A DNA stretch of 64,000 nucleotides from Bacteroidales bacterium (GCA_045657145.1 JAZOSK010000039.1:150-64149); one strand, 5' to 3'. Shown: positions 37,676 to 48,764, numbered from the stretch's first letter. Notes: a model not told the origin generated them from the letters alone. Numbers and translations are program-made.

Positions 37676-38870
37676 CAATCCTTCCCGGATAAACTTTAAG
37701 CGCTTCTTTTAAAATTGACATTGCTTCTTGAAGAGCCTCTTTTTTCAAGCAATAGCTAATTCTAACTTCGTGAATTCCACGACCTTCTGTAGAATAGAAG
37801 CCGCTTGCTGGAGCCATCATTACAGTTTTGCCATTATAGTTAAAATCTGTTAACATCCATTTACAGAATCTCTCGCTATCATCAATTGGCAATTTAGCGA
37901 CTATATAGAACGCACCTTTAGGAGTTGGACAAGACGCACCTTCAATATCATTTATTCCCTTGATACACACATCGCGACGGCTTTGATATTCTTTAACAAT
38001 GTCATCATAATACGACTGAGGGCTATCTAGAGCTGCCTCGCCTGCCACTTGTCCAAATGTTGGCGGAGACAAACGAGCCTGAGCATATTTCATTGCAGCA
38101 GCAATCACATCCTTATTTTTCGTTATCATACGACCGATACGTATACCACAAGCACTGAATCTCTTTGAGGCAGAGTCTATTAAGATAACGTGATTTTCTG
38201 CATCTTTAAGCTTCAATGCTGAATGATGCTCGGCATCTTCATAACAAAATTCACGATAAACCTCATCTGAAATCAAGAATATATCATGTTTCAAAATAAT
38301 CTGACGCAATGTTTCCATTTCTTCTTTTGAATAAAGGTAACCAGTAGGATTATTAGGATTACATATTAATATCGCTTTAGTCCTAGGTGTAATCGCCTTT
38401 TCAAACTCCGAGATATCTGGCAAGGCAAAACCTGTTTCAATTGAAGAATATATCGGTTTCACTCTCACCCCTACATTTTTTGCAAATCCGTTATAATTTG
38501 CATAAAACGGTTCTGGTATAATCACTTCATCATCAGGATCCATAATTGTAAGAAACGACATCAACAAAGCTTCGGAGCCACCCGTTGTTATAATCATTTC
38601 TTCTGGCTCAATATGGACATCATATTTCTTGTAGTAGTCACATAGTTTTTTTCTGTAAGAATAAGTTCCTTCCGACGGACTATATTTAACCACTTTTTCT
38701 GTATAATTACGCACCGCTTCTAACGCTCGCTGAGGTGTTTCCAAATCTGGCTGACCAATATTGAGATGAAACACTTCGATTCCTTTTGCTTTTGCGGCAT
38801 CTGAAAACGGCACTAGTTTTCTAATTGGCGATGCTGGCATTGTCTGAGCTTTCTTAGATATACTTGGCAT
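37671..38870 (-). CDS. Class I PLP-dependent aminotransferase (aspartate aminotransferase-like)
   Basis: 399 aa with NPNNPTG and the PLP-lysine motif SASKRFSACGIRIG. Confidence 0.85.
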   Translation of the reverse strand: MPSISKKAQTMPASPIRKLVPFSDAAKAKGIEVFHLNIGQPDLETPQRALEAVRNYTEKVVKYSPSEGTYSYRKKLCDYYKKYDVHIEPEEMIITTGGSEALLMSFLTIMDPDDEVIIPEPFYANYNGFAKNVGVRVKPIYSSIETGFALPDISEFEKAITPRTKAILICNPNNPTGYLYSKEEMETLRQIILKHDIFLISDEVYREFCYEDAEHHSALKLKDAENHVILIDSASKRFSACGIRIGRMITKNKDVIAAAMKYAQARLSPPTFGQVAGEAALDSPQSYYDDIVKEYQSRRDVCIKGINDIEGASCPTPKGAFYIVAKLPIDDSERFCKWMLTDFNYNGKTVMMAPASGFYSTEGRGIHEVRISYCLKKEALQEAMSILKEALKVYPGRIG

Positions 38871-38929
38871 AATATTATTTTTTAAGGATAAAAAAAAGAG
38901 TTATCAAATTTGATAACTCTAAATATAAT

Positions 38930-39391
38930 TTAAATACCTGAATTATTAACAGGCGATGCATTCATAAAAGTATTCTTTGTTGGAAGAGCCTCTGTAGGAG
39001 CTTCTAGCACTTTACCTTTTATGTAAATTTTAACTGTATTATTTACTTTAGCATTTGAAAATATTGTAACGTATTTGCTAAAGCTACCTGGACGATCTGT
39101 ATATTTGTATGTAACCTTAATTACATCTGTTTCGCCTGGAAGAATTGGTCTCTTTGGCCATTCTGGAACAGTACAACCACAAGAAGATTTTGGCTGAGAT
39201 AATATCAAAGGCTCGTTTCCTGTATTTTTGAACACGAATTCGTACACTGCATTACCTTTATAAGGTATATCACCAAACTGATGTGTTGTTTTTTCGAATT
39301 CAATCTCTGGACCATTTTCCACAACTTCCTGAGCATTAGCTAATAAAGTCATTGAGAATACTACCACAAGGGTCATGAATATTTTTTTCAT
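38930..39391 (-). CDS. DUF1573 domain protein
   Basis: Signal peptide plus the hallmark HQFGDIPYKG...FVFKNTGNEPLIL...SCGCTVPEWPKRPILPGE. Confidence 0.8.
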   Translation of the reverse strand: MKKIFMTLVVVFSMTLLANAQEVVENGPEIEFEKTTHQFGDIPYKGNAVYEFVFKNTGNEPLILSQPKSSCGCTVPEWPKRPILPGETDVIKVTYKYTDRPGSFSKYVTIFSNAKVNNTVKIYIKGKVLEAPTEALPTKNTFMNASPVNNSGI

Positions 39392-39520
39392 ATCACTAAA
39401 AATTAAGTTTAATTTACATTATTAATTATGCTTCAAAGATACATATTTTTCTCAGAAAAACGTACTAAAAATATTTTTTTATTTTTTTAAAAAAAATGTT
39501 TTTTGATTAAAAAATATTTG

Positions 39521-39528
39521 TATCTTTG
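39521..39528 (+). promoter_or_regulatory. TAnnTTTG promoter box for the CAT-anticodon tRNA
   Basis: TATCTTTG followed by CACTCGCAAAT, then the tRNA 5' end 11 nt downstream. Confidence 0.6.
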
Positions 39529-39539
39529 CACTCGCAAAT

Positions 39540-39613
39540 GGCGAGGTAGCTCAGTTGGTTAGAGCGTCGGATTCATAACCCGGAGGTCATGAGTTCAATT
39601 CTCATCCTCGCTA
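39540..39613 (+). tRNA. tRNA with CAT anticodon (elongator Met, or Ile2 if lysidinylated)
   Basis: GGCGAGGTAGCTCAGTTGGTTAGAGCGTCGGATTCATAACCCGGAGGTCATGAGTTCAATTCTCATCCTCGCTA forms a cloverleaf with a G1-U72 wobble, anticodon loop TTCATAA and T-loop TTCAATT. No CCA is encoded. Confidence 0.85.
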
Positions 39614-39619
39614 CGTCAG

Positions 39620-39649
39620 AAAACACCGATTTAAGTCGGTGTTTTTTTT
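39620..39649 (+). terminator. Rho-independent terminator after the tRNA
   Basis: AACACCGA-TTTAAG-TCGGTGTT followed by a T-run. Confidence 0.8.
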
Positions 39650-39673
39650 ATTGTATAAACTACATTATTTTAT

Positions 39674-39681
39674 TACCTTTG
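39674..39681 (+). promoter_or_regulatory. TAnnTTTG promoter box for the second DUF3078 gene
   Basis: TACCTTTG followed by CAC, 25 nt upstream of the ATG at 39707. Confidence 0.5.
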
Positions 39682-39706
39682 CACGTTAAAACGAGCATAG
39701 TTTAAA

Positions 39707-40846
39707 ATGTCAGCATTCAAATTGATTTTGAAGCATTTAGTAAAAAAAATAATCCTTATTATAGTGTTTGTATTCTTGTTGACACATACTATAATGGGAC
39801 AAGATTCTACTATCTATGCCCGTCCGTATACAATCAAGACAGATACAATTACCAAAATTGACACTACATATATAATAGACACAATAATTAAATCATACCA
39901 ATACATTAGAGTCGACACTATATATGAATGCAACGACTCTGCCACACAAAAAACAACAAAAAATAACTATCATAAATTCGAAGGCACTTTCAGAGTGACA
40001 CTCAATCAATTAGCCATAACACATTGGGCTGCCGGTGGCGAGAGTAATGGCAGTGGCAGAATTTCATCAAATCTTACTTACACCTACAACAGAGAATTAT
40101 TCAAGTATGTAGTAAACGGTATATTTGCGTATGGTATGTCTAATTATACAAAAGACAAACGTTCTGAAAAAAGCGAAGACCGCTGTGAGTTGTCTATGAC
40201 AATGTCGAGTAACAACAGCAACAATTTCACATTCACCTCCATTGCCTCGCTGAAAACACAATTTACATACGGATACACTTACCCCAACGATTCTATTCCA
40301 ATATCGGCATTCTTTGCACCAGCATATCTTAATGTATCAGCAGGTTACAATTACAACCATAAAGATATTTTTTCCATCTACATAAGTCCTATCGCTGGAA
40401 AAATGACATTTGTAACAGATCAAAAACTCGCAGACGTTGGTTCTTACGGCGTTGAAGCTGGATATTGGAGCGTATACAACGGCGATAGTACTTGGGTTAA
40501 AGGTAAAAACCTGCTCACAGAATTAGGAATCAATGTTTTAATCAAATACAAACAAAATTTCAAAAATGACATGTCTGTATTTTCAACATTAAACCTCTAC
40601 AACAACTACATGGATCCAAACAAATCCAATCGCTGGAATATTGATGTAGACTGGGAAACAGGAATTAAATTTACCATAAATAAACAAATCTCAGCAACCC
40701 TCCACATACACCTAATATACGACGACAATATTAAATTTACTGTTACAGAAATCATTGATGGAAAAGAGATAACAAAACAAAAACCAATTTTACAATTTAA
40801 AGAGTCGCTTGGTATTTCTTTTTTATATAAATTTGCGACAAAATAG
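39707..40846 (+). CDS. DUF3078 family outer-membrane protein (paralog of 26494-27393) with a Thr/Ile-rich N-terminal extension
   Basis: Hallmark LAITHWAAGGESNGSG motif and a beta-barrel-like remainder. The N-terminal ~80 aa is rich in T/I/D (TIKTDTITKIDTTYIIDTII). Confidence 0.7.
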   Translation: MSAFKLILKHLVKKIILIIVFVFLLTHTIMGQDSTIYARPYTIKTDTITKIDTTYIIDTIIKSYQYIRVDTIYECNDSATQKTTKNNYHKFEGTFRVTLNQLAITHWAAGGESNGSGRISSNLTYTYNRELFKYVVNGIFAYGMSNYTKDKRSEKSEDRCELSMTMSSNNSNNFTFTSIASLKTQFTYGYTYPNDSIPISAFFAPAYLNVSAGYNYNHKDIFSIYISPIAGKMTFVTDQKLADVGSYGVEAGYWSVYNGDSTWVKGKNLLTELGINVLIKYKQNFKNDMSVFSTLNLYNNYMDPNKSNRWNIDVDWETGIKFTINKQISATLHIHLIYDDNIKFTVTEIIDGKEITKQKPILQFKESLGISFLYKFATK

Positions 40847-40854
40847 CGCAAATT

Positions 40855-41721
40855 ATGAATATACTTGTTACAGGATGCAACGGACAATTAGGTAAAGAAT
40901 TTCAAAAAATATCTAACATAAACACCGAACATAATTGGATTTTTACCGATATCAATGAATTGAATATATGTGACAAACATTCTGTTAACGCTTTTTTCCA
41001 AAATAACAAAGTAGAAATATGCATCAACTGTGCTGCATATACAGCCGTTGATAAAGCTGAAGATGAGGTAGATAAAGCTAGGGAAATCAATGCGACAGCT
41101 GTGTTAAACCTTGCCAACGCCAGTAAAGACTCAAACTCTTTACTTATTCACGTTTCTACAGATTACGTTTTTGACGGAACATCGGAACGCCCTTATTTAG
41201 AAGACGACACACCTTCACCAAATAGCATTTATGGAAAAACTAAAGCTGAAGGTGAACAAAACATAATTTCATCTGCTTGTTCTTATATAATAATCAGAAC
41301 ATCATGGTTGTATTCCGCATATGGAAACAACTTTGTAAAAACGATGTTACGCTTGGGTTCTGAAAGAGAGTTTGTGAATGTCGTAGACGATCAAAATGGG
41401 AATCCCACATGGGCTTACGATTTAGCATGTGCAATCGTATTATTAATACAAAGATTTGAAAACAAAGAAGTTAAAGAAATATTCAATTATTCAAACGAAG
41501 GAACAATTCCTTGGAGCAATTTCGCAGAAGCGATATTCTACATAGGTAATAAAGATTGTGAAGTTATACCTATCTCAACAAAGGAATACGGAAGCAAAGC
41601 AAACCGCCCAGCTTTCAGCGCATTAGACAAAACAAAAATAAAGGCATTCACTGGAATTAAAATTCCATTTTGGAGAGAAAGTTTAATCAAATGCATAGAA
41701 GAAATAAAAAATAACAACTAA
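40855..41721 (+). CDS. rfbD: dTDP-4-dehydrorhamnose reductase
   Basis: Rossmann motif ILVTGCNGQLG, STDYVFDG and YGKTK catalytic motifs, 288 aa. Confidence 0.9.
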   Translation: MNILVTGCNGQLGKEFQKISNINTEHNWIFTDINELNICDKHSVNAFFQNNKVEICINCAAYTAVDKAEDEVDKAREINATAVLNLANASKDSNSLLIHVSTDYVFDGTSERPYLEDDTPSPNSIYGKTKAEGEQNIISSACSYIIIRTSWLYSAYGNNFVKTMLRLGSEREFVNVVDDQNGNPTWAYDLACAIVLLIQRFENKEVKEIFNYSNEGTIPWSNFAEAIFYIGNKDCEVIPISTKEYGSKANRPAFSALDKTKIKAFTGIKIPFWRESLIKCIEEIKNNN

Positions 41722-41734
41722 TAAAACTTTAATT

Positions 41735-43468
41735 ATGAAAAACGTATCACCAGAAATCATTGAAAAAGCAAGAGTATGGTTATCAGAAAAATACGACCAT
41801 AATACCAGAATACAAGTTCAAGAATTGATTGACAATAATCCAAACGAATTGCTTGAGAGTTTTTACAAAAATCTAGAATTCGGCACAGGTGGTCTAAGAG
41901 GCATTATGGGTGTTGGAAGCAATAGAATGAACACTTACACTGTTGCTATGGCGACACAAGGTTTTGCAAATTACATAAAAAAGATGTTCCCAAACATCGA
42001 ACGACCACAAATCGCAATTGCATACGATTGTAGAAACAATAGCAAAGAATTTGCCCAAACAGCTGCAGAAGTAATGTCTGCAAATAACATTAAAGTTTAC
42101 ATATTCAACTCATTACGTCCAACACCAGAACTATCTTTTGCAATTAGAGAATTAAAATGTCAAGCTGGCATCGTAATAACAGCATCACATAATCCAAAAG
42201 AATATAATGGTTACAAGGCTTATTGGGAAGATGGAGGTCAATTAGTTAGTCCTCACGACAAGAATGTCATCAACGAAGTTGAAAAAATAACAGATATATC
42301 ATTGGTAAACTTCAACAAAAACAAAGCTCTAATAGAATATCTTGATGAAAAATTTGACGACATTTATATCAACAAAATATTAGACTTAACGCTTTCACCA
42401 GAAGCCATTAAAAACCAAAAGGATTTAGTATTTGTTTACACGCCGATACATGGCACAGGCGGCCAGATAATTCCACGACTATTCAAAAAAGCTGGAATTA
42501 ACAACATCTATACAGTTGAAGAACAAATGATTGTAGACGGCAACTTCCCTACTGTCGTATCTCCAAACCCTGAAGAAAAAGCGGCATTAACTCTAGCTAT
42601 CGAAAAAGCAAAAGAAGTAAAAGCAGATGTCGTTCTCGCAACAGACCCTGATGCCGACAGAGTTGGCATTGCTGTTAAAGATGAAAACGGAGAATATATT
42701 TTACTTAATGGAAATCAAACAGCTACTCTCCTAACCTATTATCTTTTAACACGTTGGAACGAATTAGGCAAATTGACTGGAAAAGAATATATTGTTAAGA
42801 CCATCGTTACAACAGAGTTATTATTCGACATTGCAAGAAAGTATAATGTTGAAAAATACGATGTTCTCACCGGTTTCAAATATATAGCTGACACCATCTT
42901 AAACAATCCAGACACAACATTCATTGGCGGTGGCGAAGAAAGTTACGGTTTCTTAATAGGAGACTTTGTCCGCGACAAGGATGCTAATAGCGCCTGTTAT
43001 ATGATTGCAGAAATTGCAGCTTGGGCAGCAGAACAAAACAAAACTCTGTATCAAATACTTAAAGAAATATATAAAGAATTTGGTTTCTACAAAGAAGGCC
43101 TATTATCATTAACAAAGAAAGGCATCAGTGGTAGCGAAGAAATCCAAAATATGATGTACAGATTTAGAACTACACCTCCAAAACAAATCTTAGGATCTGA
43201 CATAATTGAAATAAAAGATTACAAATCAAGCATTTCAAAAGATGTACGTTCCAGTAAAGAATCAATAATAAATCTTCCAAAATCAGATGTTTTGCAATTT
43301 CTCACAGAAGACGGAACAAAGATAAGCATCAGACCTTCTGGTACAGAACCTAAAATAAAATTCTACTTCGGAATCAAAGCAAACCTTAATGATATTGCCG
43401 ATTTCGAAGTAGTCAATAATGATTTAAATGAAAGAATCAACAAATTGATAAAACTCTTCTCAGAATAA
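41735..43468 (+). CDS. Phosphoglucomutase/phosphomannomutase family phosphosugar mutase
   Basis: Active-site loop TASHNPKEYNGYK, metal loop TDPDADR and sugar-binding GGEESYG. Confidence 0.9.
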   Translation: MKNVSPEIIEKARVWLSEKYDHNTRIQVQELIDNNPNELLESFYKNLEFGTGGLRGIMGVGSNRMNTYTVAMATQGFANYIKKMFPNIERPQIAIAYDCRNNSKEFAQTAAEVMSANNIKVYIFNSLRPTPELSFAIRELKCQAGIVITASHNPKEYNGYKAYWEDGGQLVSPHDKNVINEVEKITDISLVNFNKNKALIEYLDEKFDDIYINKILDLTLSPEAIKNQKDLVFVYTPIHGTGGQIIPRLFKKAGINNIYTVEEQMIVDGNFPTVVSPNPEEKAALTLAIEKAKEVKADVVLATDPDADRVGIAVKDENGEYILLNGNQTATLLTYYLLTRWNELGKLTGKEYIVKTIVTTELLFDIARKYNVEKYDVLTGFKYIADTILNNPDTTFIGGGEESYGFLIGDFVRDKDANSACYMIAEIAAWAAEQNKTLYQILKEIYKEFGFYKEGLLSLTKKGISGSEEIQNMMYRFRTTPPKQILGSDIIEIKDYKSSISKDVRSSKESIINLPKSDVLQFLTEDGTKISIRPSGTEPKIKFYFGIKANLNDIADFEVVNNDLNERINKLIKLFSE

Positions 43469-44482
43469 CTATTCTGAGATTCGATTTATAGCATCTATCG
43501 CCAATTGATAATCAGGGTTATTCCTTAAAATTTGGAGGTAGATGCTTTTTGCATTAATGTAATCACCCATTTGCTCATATGTCCTACCCTTGTTAAACAA
43601 AGCATTAACCGATGAAGGATCAATTTGCAAAACTTTATTAAAACACTCTAAAGCCAATTCATTTTCTCCAAGATACACCAAATACACATATCCTTTATTG
43701 TAATTAAAGTCGGTATTATTAGGCATTATTTCAAGCAAAGAATCATAACACTGTAATGCTTCTTCTGGGAACCCATTATCCTGCAAATACATAGCATAAT
43801 CATATTTCAGATAATAATTATCAGGTGCCACCTCCATTGCTTCTTTAAAAAACGATTTAGCCAGTGTATCATTTTTAGCCATGTAGATATGAGCAATTTG
43901 TATTAAAGGATCTATAAAATCAGATTGTTGCATACGAGAGGTCATAAAACTTTTCAATGCTGCGGCTGTATCATTTTCCGACATTTCCAACATCCCTCGC
44001 ATATAATAAGCCTTTGGATTATACTTATCCATTTCTAAGGCTTTATCAACATATGCACCTGCCATTCTAAAATTACCTTGCAAAAAACTAAGTTCAGATA
44101 ATTTAATTATAGGTCTAGTATCCAATGGAGCATATTCACAGGCTTTATTTAATGTCAACAAAATATTATCCTCATCGCCTAAAGCATAGTAAATATCAGC
44201 TAAAACTAACAGAGCCTCTATATTATTCTTCTCTAAGGATAACGCAGAGTTTATATCTCTAATCGCTAAACTTATTTTTTCGTTAGTAAGATTCAGTCTA
44301 GCCCTTTGTACATATAAGTCAGCATTTAACGAATCTGTCTTTATACTCTCCGATATAGTTTCTACATCTGACTTAACAGCAGACAACACAACGTCATCTA
44401 CATTATCTTTCTTTTTAGAAACATTCTCAGAGCAGCTTGAAATTACCAAGATGCTCATGAGAATCATACAAATCTTTTTCAT
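43469..44482 (-). CDS. TPR-repeat lipoprotein
   Basis: Lipoprotein signal (ISSCSEN) followed by multiple 34-residue TPR-like repeats. Confidence 0.7.
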   Translation of the reverse strand: MKKICMILMSILVISSCSENVSKKKDNVDDVVLSAVKSDVETISESIKTDSLNADLYVQRARLNLTNEKISLAIRDINSALSLEKNNIEALLVLADIYYALGDEDNILLTLNKACEYAPLDTRPIIKLSELSFLQGNFRMAGAYVDKALEMDKYNPKAYYMRGMLEMSENDTAAALKSFMTSRMQQSDFIDPLIQIAHIYMAKNDTLAKSFFKEAMEVAPDNYYLKYDYAMYLQDNGFPEEALQCYDSLLEIMPNNTDFNYNKGYVYLVYLGENELALECFNKVLQIDPSSVNALFNKGRTYEQMGDYINAKSIYLQILRNNPDYQLAIDAINRISE

Positions 44483-44492
44483 TACAAATTAC

Positions 44493-45527
44493 TTAATCTT
44501 GATCACTATTGTTTAATGCGTCCATAATCTTTGCATACAACTCTTCGCACAACTCTGGATTTTCGTCAAGAAGTCTCTTCAATGCGTCTCTACCCTGTCC
44601 CAATTTTGTTTCATTATAGCTAAACCATGAACCACTCTTCTTGATAACGCCCATTTCAACGCCCAAATCGATAATTTCACCTGTAAGAGAAATACCTTCA
44701 CCATAAAGAATGTCAAATTCAGCCTTTTTGAATGGAGGTGCGACTTTGTTTTTAACAACCTTTACCTTAACTCTGTTGCCATTGATATTTTCACCATCTT
44801 TTATTTGGCTAACTTTTCTAATATCAAGTCTAACTGAACTATAGAATTTCAAGGCATTACCGCCAGTTGTAGTTTCTGGATTACCGAACATAACGCCCAA
44901 TTTCTCACGCAACTGGTTGATAAAGATACATACACAACCTGTTTTGCTTATTGTTGCTGTAAGTTTACGCATTGCTTGTGACATCAAACGAGCCTGCAAG
45001 CCCATTTTGCTATCACCCATTTCACCTTCTATTTCACTTTTTGGAGTCAAAGCAGCGACAGAGTCAACGACGATAACATCGATAGCTCCTGAACGAATAA
45101 GATTTTCCGCAATTTCCAAAGCCTGTTCACCGCAATCAGGTTGTGAGATGAGCAAGTTTTCAACATCGACGCCTAATTTCTTAGCATAAAAACGGTCAAA
45201 AGCATGTTCAGCATCAATAAACGCAGCTATACCCCCCTGTTTTTGAGACTCTGCAATTACATGCAATGCCAATGTTGTTTTTCCGGAACTTTCAGGTCCG
45301 AATATTTCAATGATTCTTCCTTTTGGTAAACCACCAATTCCCAATGCATAATCCAAACCCAAAGAACCTGTGGAAATACTTTCAACCTTATCAGCAGCAG
45401 TCTCGCCCAAGCGCATAATACTACCTTTTCCGCAAGCCTTTTCAATATTACCAATTGTAGCTTCTAACGCTTTTAATTTCTCTTTTCTAATTTTTTCAAT
45501 TTCCTCAGCTGTAACATTCTTTTCCAT
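44493..45527 (-). CDS. recA: Recombinase RecA
   Basis: Walker [10 protein letters not shown], the L1/L2 regions and full-length collinear similarity to RecA. Confidence 0.97.
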   Translation of the reverse strand: MEKNVTAEEIEKIRKEKLKALEATIGNIEKACGKGSIMRLGETAADKVESISTGSLGLDYALGIGGLPKGRIIEIFGPESSGKTTLALHVIAESQKQGGIAAFIDAEHAFDRFYAKKLGVDVENLLISQPDCGEQALEIAENLIRSGAIDVIVVDSVAALTPKSEIEGEMGDSKMGLQARLMSQAMRKLTATISKTGCVCIFINQLREKLGVMFGNPETTTGGNALKFYSSVRLDIRKVSQIKDGENINGNRVKVKVVKNKVAPPFKKAEFDILYGEGISLTGEIIDLGVEMGVIKKSGSWFSYNETKLGQGRDALKRLLDENPELCEELYAKIMDALNNSDQD

Positions 45528-45656
45528 AATAAAATTTTTATTTCTAATATTTTACATATTATTTATTCAATAATAACTTTAAGTAAATAACGCGCTTATT
45601 TATCCTTTAAAATTACGTTACAAAGATAAGCGATTTATATTTTTTTGTCAAGGATT

Positions 45657-46310
45657 TTAACTATTTTTAACCTTTGTTAAGAAATATTCACATACGTCAC
45701 TAATACCACATTTATCACATTCTGGCTTTCTCGCTTTACACACATATCTTCCATGCAATATCAACCAATGATGCGCTTTGGGTATAATATTTTCAGGTAT
45801 ATATTTCACCAATTGTTTTTCTGTTTCTAAAGGATTTTTTGCATTTTTTGTTAATCCTATCCTAGCCGACACTCTAAAAACGTGCGTATCTACCGCCATA
45901 GCAGGCTTATTAAACGCCACAGATGCGACCACATTAGCGGTTTTTCTACCAACACCAGGCAAAGTCTGCAGTTTATCAACATCGTCGGGAACAACCCCAT
46001 TAAAATCAGACATAAGCACCTTCGCCATACCCAATAAATTCTTAGATTTATTATTCGGATACGAAATAGACTTTATCAATTCATATATATCTTCAACGGT
46101 CGCCTTTGACAAAGTCTCTGCATCTGGATATCGCTCAAACAAAGCAGGAGTCGTCATATTAACACGCTTATCTGTACACTGCGCCGAAAGTATCACTGCC
46201 ACAATAAGTTGATACGGATTTTCAAAATTCAATTCCGACTCTGCGACTGGCATATTTTTTTCAAAATATTCAATTAAATACCTATATTTGTTTTTAAGAG
46301 TCATTTTCAT
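45657..46310 (-). CDS. nth: Endonuclease III
   Basis: HhH-GPD motif LPGVGRKTANVV, catalytic VDTHV, and the C-terminal 4Fe-4S cluster CX6CX2CX5C (CKARKPECDKCGISDVC). Confidence 0.95.
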   Translation of the reverse strand: MKMTLKNKYRYLIEYFEKNMPVAESELNFENPYQLIVAVILSAQCTDKRVNMTTPALFERYPDAETLSKATVEDIYELIKSISYPNNKSKNLLGMAKVLMSDFNGVVPDDVDKLQTLPGVGRKTANVVASVAFNKPAMAVDTHVFRVSARIGLTKNAKNPLETEKQLVKYIPENIIPKAHHWLILHGRYVCKARKPECDKCGISDVCEYFLTKVKNS

Positions 46311-46369
46311 TTTATTTTGAACAAAATTAAGATTTTTTTATTATTATTGCAAAACAAAACTTACAAATT

Positions 46370-46606
46370 ATGGAAAATAACATGATTGAAATATTCATTG
46401 GATCCGACATCGACGCCAATTACATATCCTCTCTCCTCGTTGAAAACGATATTGATTGCGAAATAGAAAACGCTTTAACACAAAGTCTTTCCGCAGGATG
46501 GGTCAACGGGTCACAATATAATAGCACTTCAATTTACGTTAACATCGATGACGCCAAGAAAGCGAGACAATTTATCAACGAATATTTAGATAACACTAAC
46601 GAATAA
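46370..46606 (+). CDS. Small DUF2007-like protein
   Basis: 78 aa. The pattern of a short beta-alpha-beta fold (IEIFIGSDIDANYISSLLVENDIDCEI) resembles DUF2007. The assignment is weak. Confidence 0.4.
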   Translation: MENNMIEIFIGSDIDANYISSLLVENDIDCEIENALTQSLSAGWVNGSQYNSTSIYVNIDDAKKARQFINEYLDNTNE

Positions 46607-46725
46607 TTTATTTACTAATAGATTTCATAGATTTTTTAGTTTTCTTCAGTGATTTTTAAGCTAAAAAAACACAATTCTTTTTTATTCGTTTTCATTTTTT
46701 CGGATTTTTGCACAAATTTTTAGAA

Positions 46726-47940
46726 ATGGGAAACTACATACTATCAGAAGTTAAAACTAACAAAGACATCAAGCAGTGGCTTGATTTTCCTGCTAAATTA
46801 TACAAAAACGACACTCATTACGTAAGGCCATTAGATAACGAAATAGAAAATGTTTTTGATAGATCCAAGAACAAACTATTCAGACACGGAGATGCTATAA
46901 GATTCATTCTCAAAGACAAAAACGGGAAAGTCGTTGGCAGAATCGCTGCTTTTTACGACGAAAAAACATCTAATACATACAAGAAAGAGGAAAACGGACA
47001 ACCTACAGGAGGCTGCGGTTTCTTTGACTGCATCGATGACCAAGAAGCAGCAAACATGCTATTCGACGCCGCCAAACAATGGAATATAGAACATGGACAA
47101 GAAGCCATGGACGGACCTATTAACTTCGGCGACAGAGACTATTTCTGGGGATGCTTAAACGATGGTTTCTCAGACCCAGTTTACAATATGCCTTACAACT
47201 ACCCTTACTACAGCAAACTATTTGAAAATTACGGATTTCAGACATTTTTCAGACAATACACCTACCGCAGAGTTTTCTCCGCTGAAGGCCTTGATCCGAT
47301 TTTACACGAAAAGGCAAAACGCTTCTACGGAAACCCTAGCTATAGTTTTGAAATACTCAACAGACGTAATATCGACAAATACGCCGATGATTTTTTGATA
47401 ATTTACAACAAAGCATGGGGAGCTATTCCTGGAGCAACAAAACTAACCCGTCAACATGCTATTGGTCTGTTAAACAGTCTAAAACCAATCATAGACCCAA
47501 GATTGATGCACTTTGCTTACCACATTGACGAAAATGGCAAAAAAGAACCGATAGGATTCTTCCTTCTTATGATAGACCTCAACCAAATTTACAAAGGTCT
47601 TAATGGCAAAATGCACTTACTCAACAAATTAAGAGTTTTATGGAGAGTAAAAATCGCTAGAATCTGTGATAGGGCAATATCTTTGGTCTTCGGCATTGTC
47701 CCAGAACATCGCGGAAAAGGATTAGAAGCAGGTCTCGTTTGCTCTCTCGAATCTCAACACAAAATAAAAAGATTCAAATACAAAGACCTACAACTCAACT
47801 GGATTGGCGACTTCAACCCTCCAATGATGAAAATCGCAGAAAGTGCTGGAGCAACGATATACAAAACTCATATAACATACAGATATTTGTTTGATAGAAA
47901 CAAACCTTTCACAAGAGCTAAATTACAGAAAAATAGATAA
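46726..47940 (+). CDS. Conserved GNAT-like N-acetyltransferase family protein
   Basis: ~404 aa from the ATG at 46726. The C-terminal half has a GNAT-like acetyl-CoA loop (VPEHRGKGLEAGLV). The substrate is unknown. Confidence 0.5.
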   Translation: MGNYILSEVKTNKDIKQWLDFPAKLYKNDTHYVRPLDNEIENVFDRSKNKLFRHGDAIRFILKDKNGKVVGRIAAFYDEKTSNTYKKEENGQPTGGCGFFDCIDDQEAANMLFDAAKQWNIEHGQEAMDGPINFGDRDYFWGCLNDGFSDPVYNMPYNYPYYSKLFENYGFQTFFRQYTYRRVFSAEGLDPILHEKAKRFYGNPSYSFEILNRRNIDKYADDFLIIYNKAWGAIPGATKLTRQHAIGLLNSLKPIIDPRLMHFAYHIDENGKKEPIGFFLLMIDLNQIYKGLNGKMHLLNKLRVLWRVKIARICDRAISLVFGIVPEHRGKGLEAGLVCSLESQHKIKRFKYKDLQLNWIGDFNPPMMKIAESAGATIYKTHITYRYLFDRNKPFTRAKLQKNR

Positions 47941-47978
47941 TAAACTATTTATATTTAAAGTTATACACAAATACTAAA

Positions 47979-48005
47979 AATGAAGGATTCACCCTTCATT
48001 TTTTA
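47979..48005 (+). terminator. Rho-independent terminator
   Basis: AATGAAGG-ATTCAC-CCTTCATT followed by TTTTT. Confidence 0.75.
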
Positions 48006-48051
48006 TTCCCAAAAGTGGAAAAGATTTTTTAAATTTGCAAAAAAATCAAAG

Positions 48052-48717
48052 ATGATTAAGGCAAGTAACATATACAAATCTTTCGGAAACATAGAAGTCC
48101 TTAAAGGCGTTGACTTAAACATAAACAAAGGTGAAGTCACATGTATCGTTGGAGCATCTGGGGCAGGAAAATCTACACTATTGCAAATAATCGGCACCTT
48201 AGATAAAGCTGACAAAGGCGACATCTTCATTGATAATCAAAACATCAACAGTATAAACTCTAAACAACTAGCCTCTTTTAGAAACAAAAAAATTGGTTTC
48301 ATATTTCAATTCCATCACCTATTACCAGAGTTTACGGCTTTAGAAAACATCTGCATCCCTGCCTACATAGCTGGAACATCTCAAAAAGAAGCCGAAGCTA
48401 AAGCTATGGAACTGCTTAATTACCTTAATCTTACAGATAGAAAAGACCATAAACCATCTATGCTATCAGGCGGTGAACAACAAAGAATAGCAGTTGCAAG
48501 AGCATTAATCAACAACCCATCAATAGTTTTAGCAGACGAGCCATCTGGAAATCTTGATTCTCAATCAGCTAAAGAACTTCACGAATTGTTTTTCAACCTA
48601 AGAGACAAAATCGGACAGACTTTTGTAATTGTCACTCATAATCCACAGTTGGCAGAAATGGCTGACAGAACATTAACAATGAAAGATGGCTTGATAATAT
48701 TTGATAAAAAGAATTAA
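48052..48717 (+). CDS. lolD: ABC transporter ATP-binding protein, LolD-like
   Basis: Walker [10 protein letters not shown], signature LSGGEQQR and Walker B VLADEP. The start is moved to the ATG at 48052 because the upstream part of the ORF-track frame covers the terminator. Confidence 0.85.
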   Translation: MIKASNIYKSFGNIEVLKGVDLNINKGEVTCIVGASGAGKSTLLQIIGTLDKADKGDIFIDNQNINSINSKQLASFRNKKIGFIFQFHHLLPEFTALENICIPAYIAGTSQKEAEAKAMELLNYLNLTDRKDHKPSMLSGGEQQRIAVARALINNPSIVLADEPSGNLDSQSAKELHELFFNLRDKIGQTFVIVTHNPQLAEMADRTLTMKDGLIIFDKKN

Positions 48718-48734
48718 CATAACTCAAAATAAGT

Positions 48735-48742
48735 TATATTTG
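48735..48742 (+). promoter_or_regulatory. TAnnTTTG promoter box for the 48765 gene
   Basis: TATATTTG lies 22 nt upstream of the ATG. Confidence 0.45.
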
Positions 48743-48764
48743 CAAAAAATCAAAGTATATAAAA

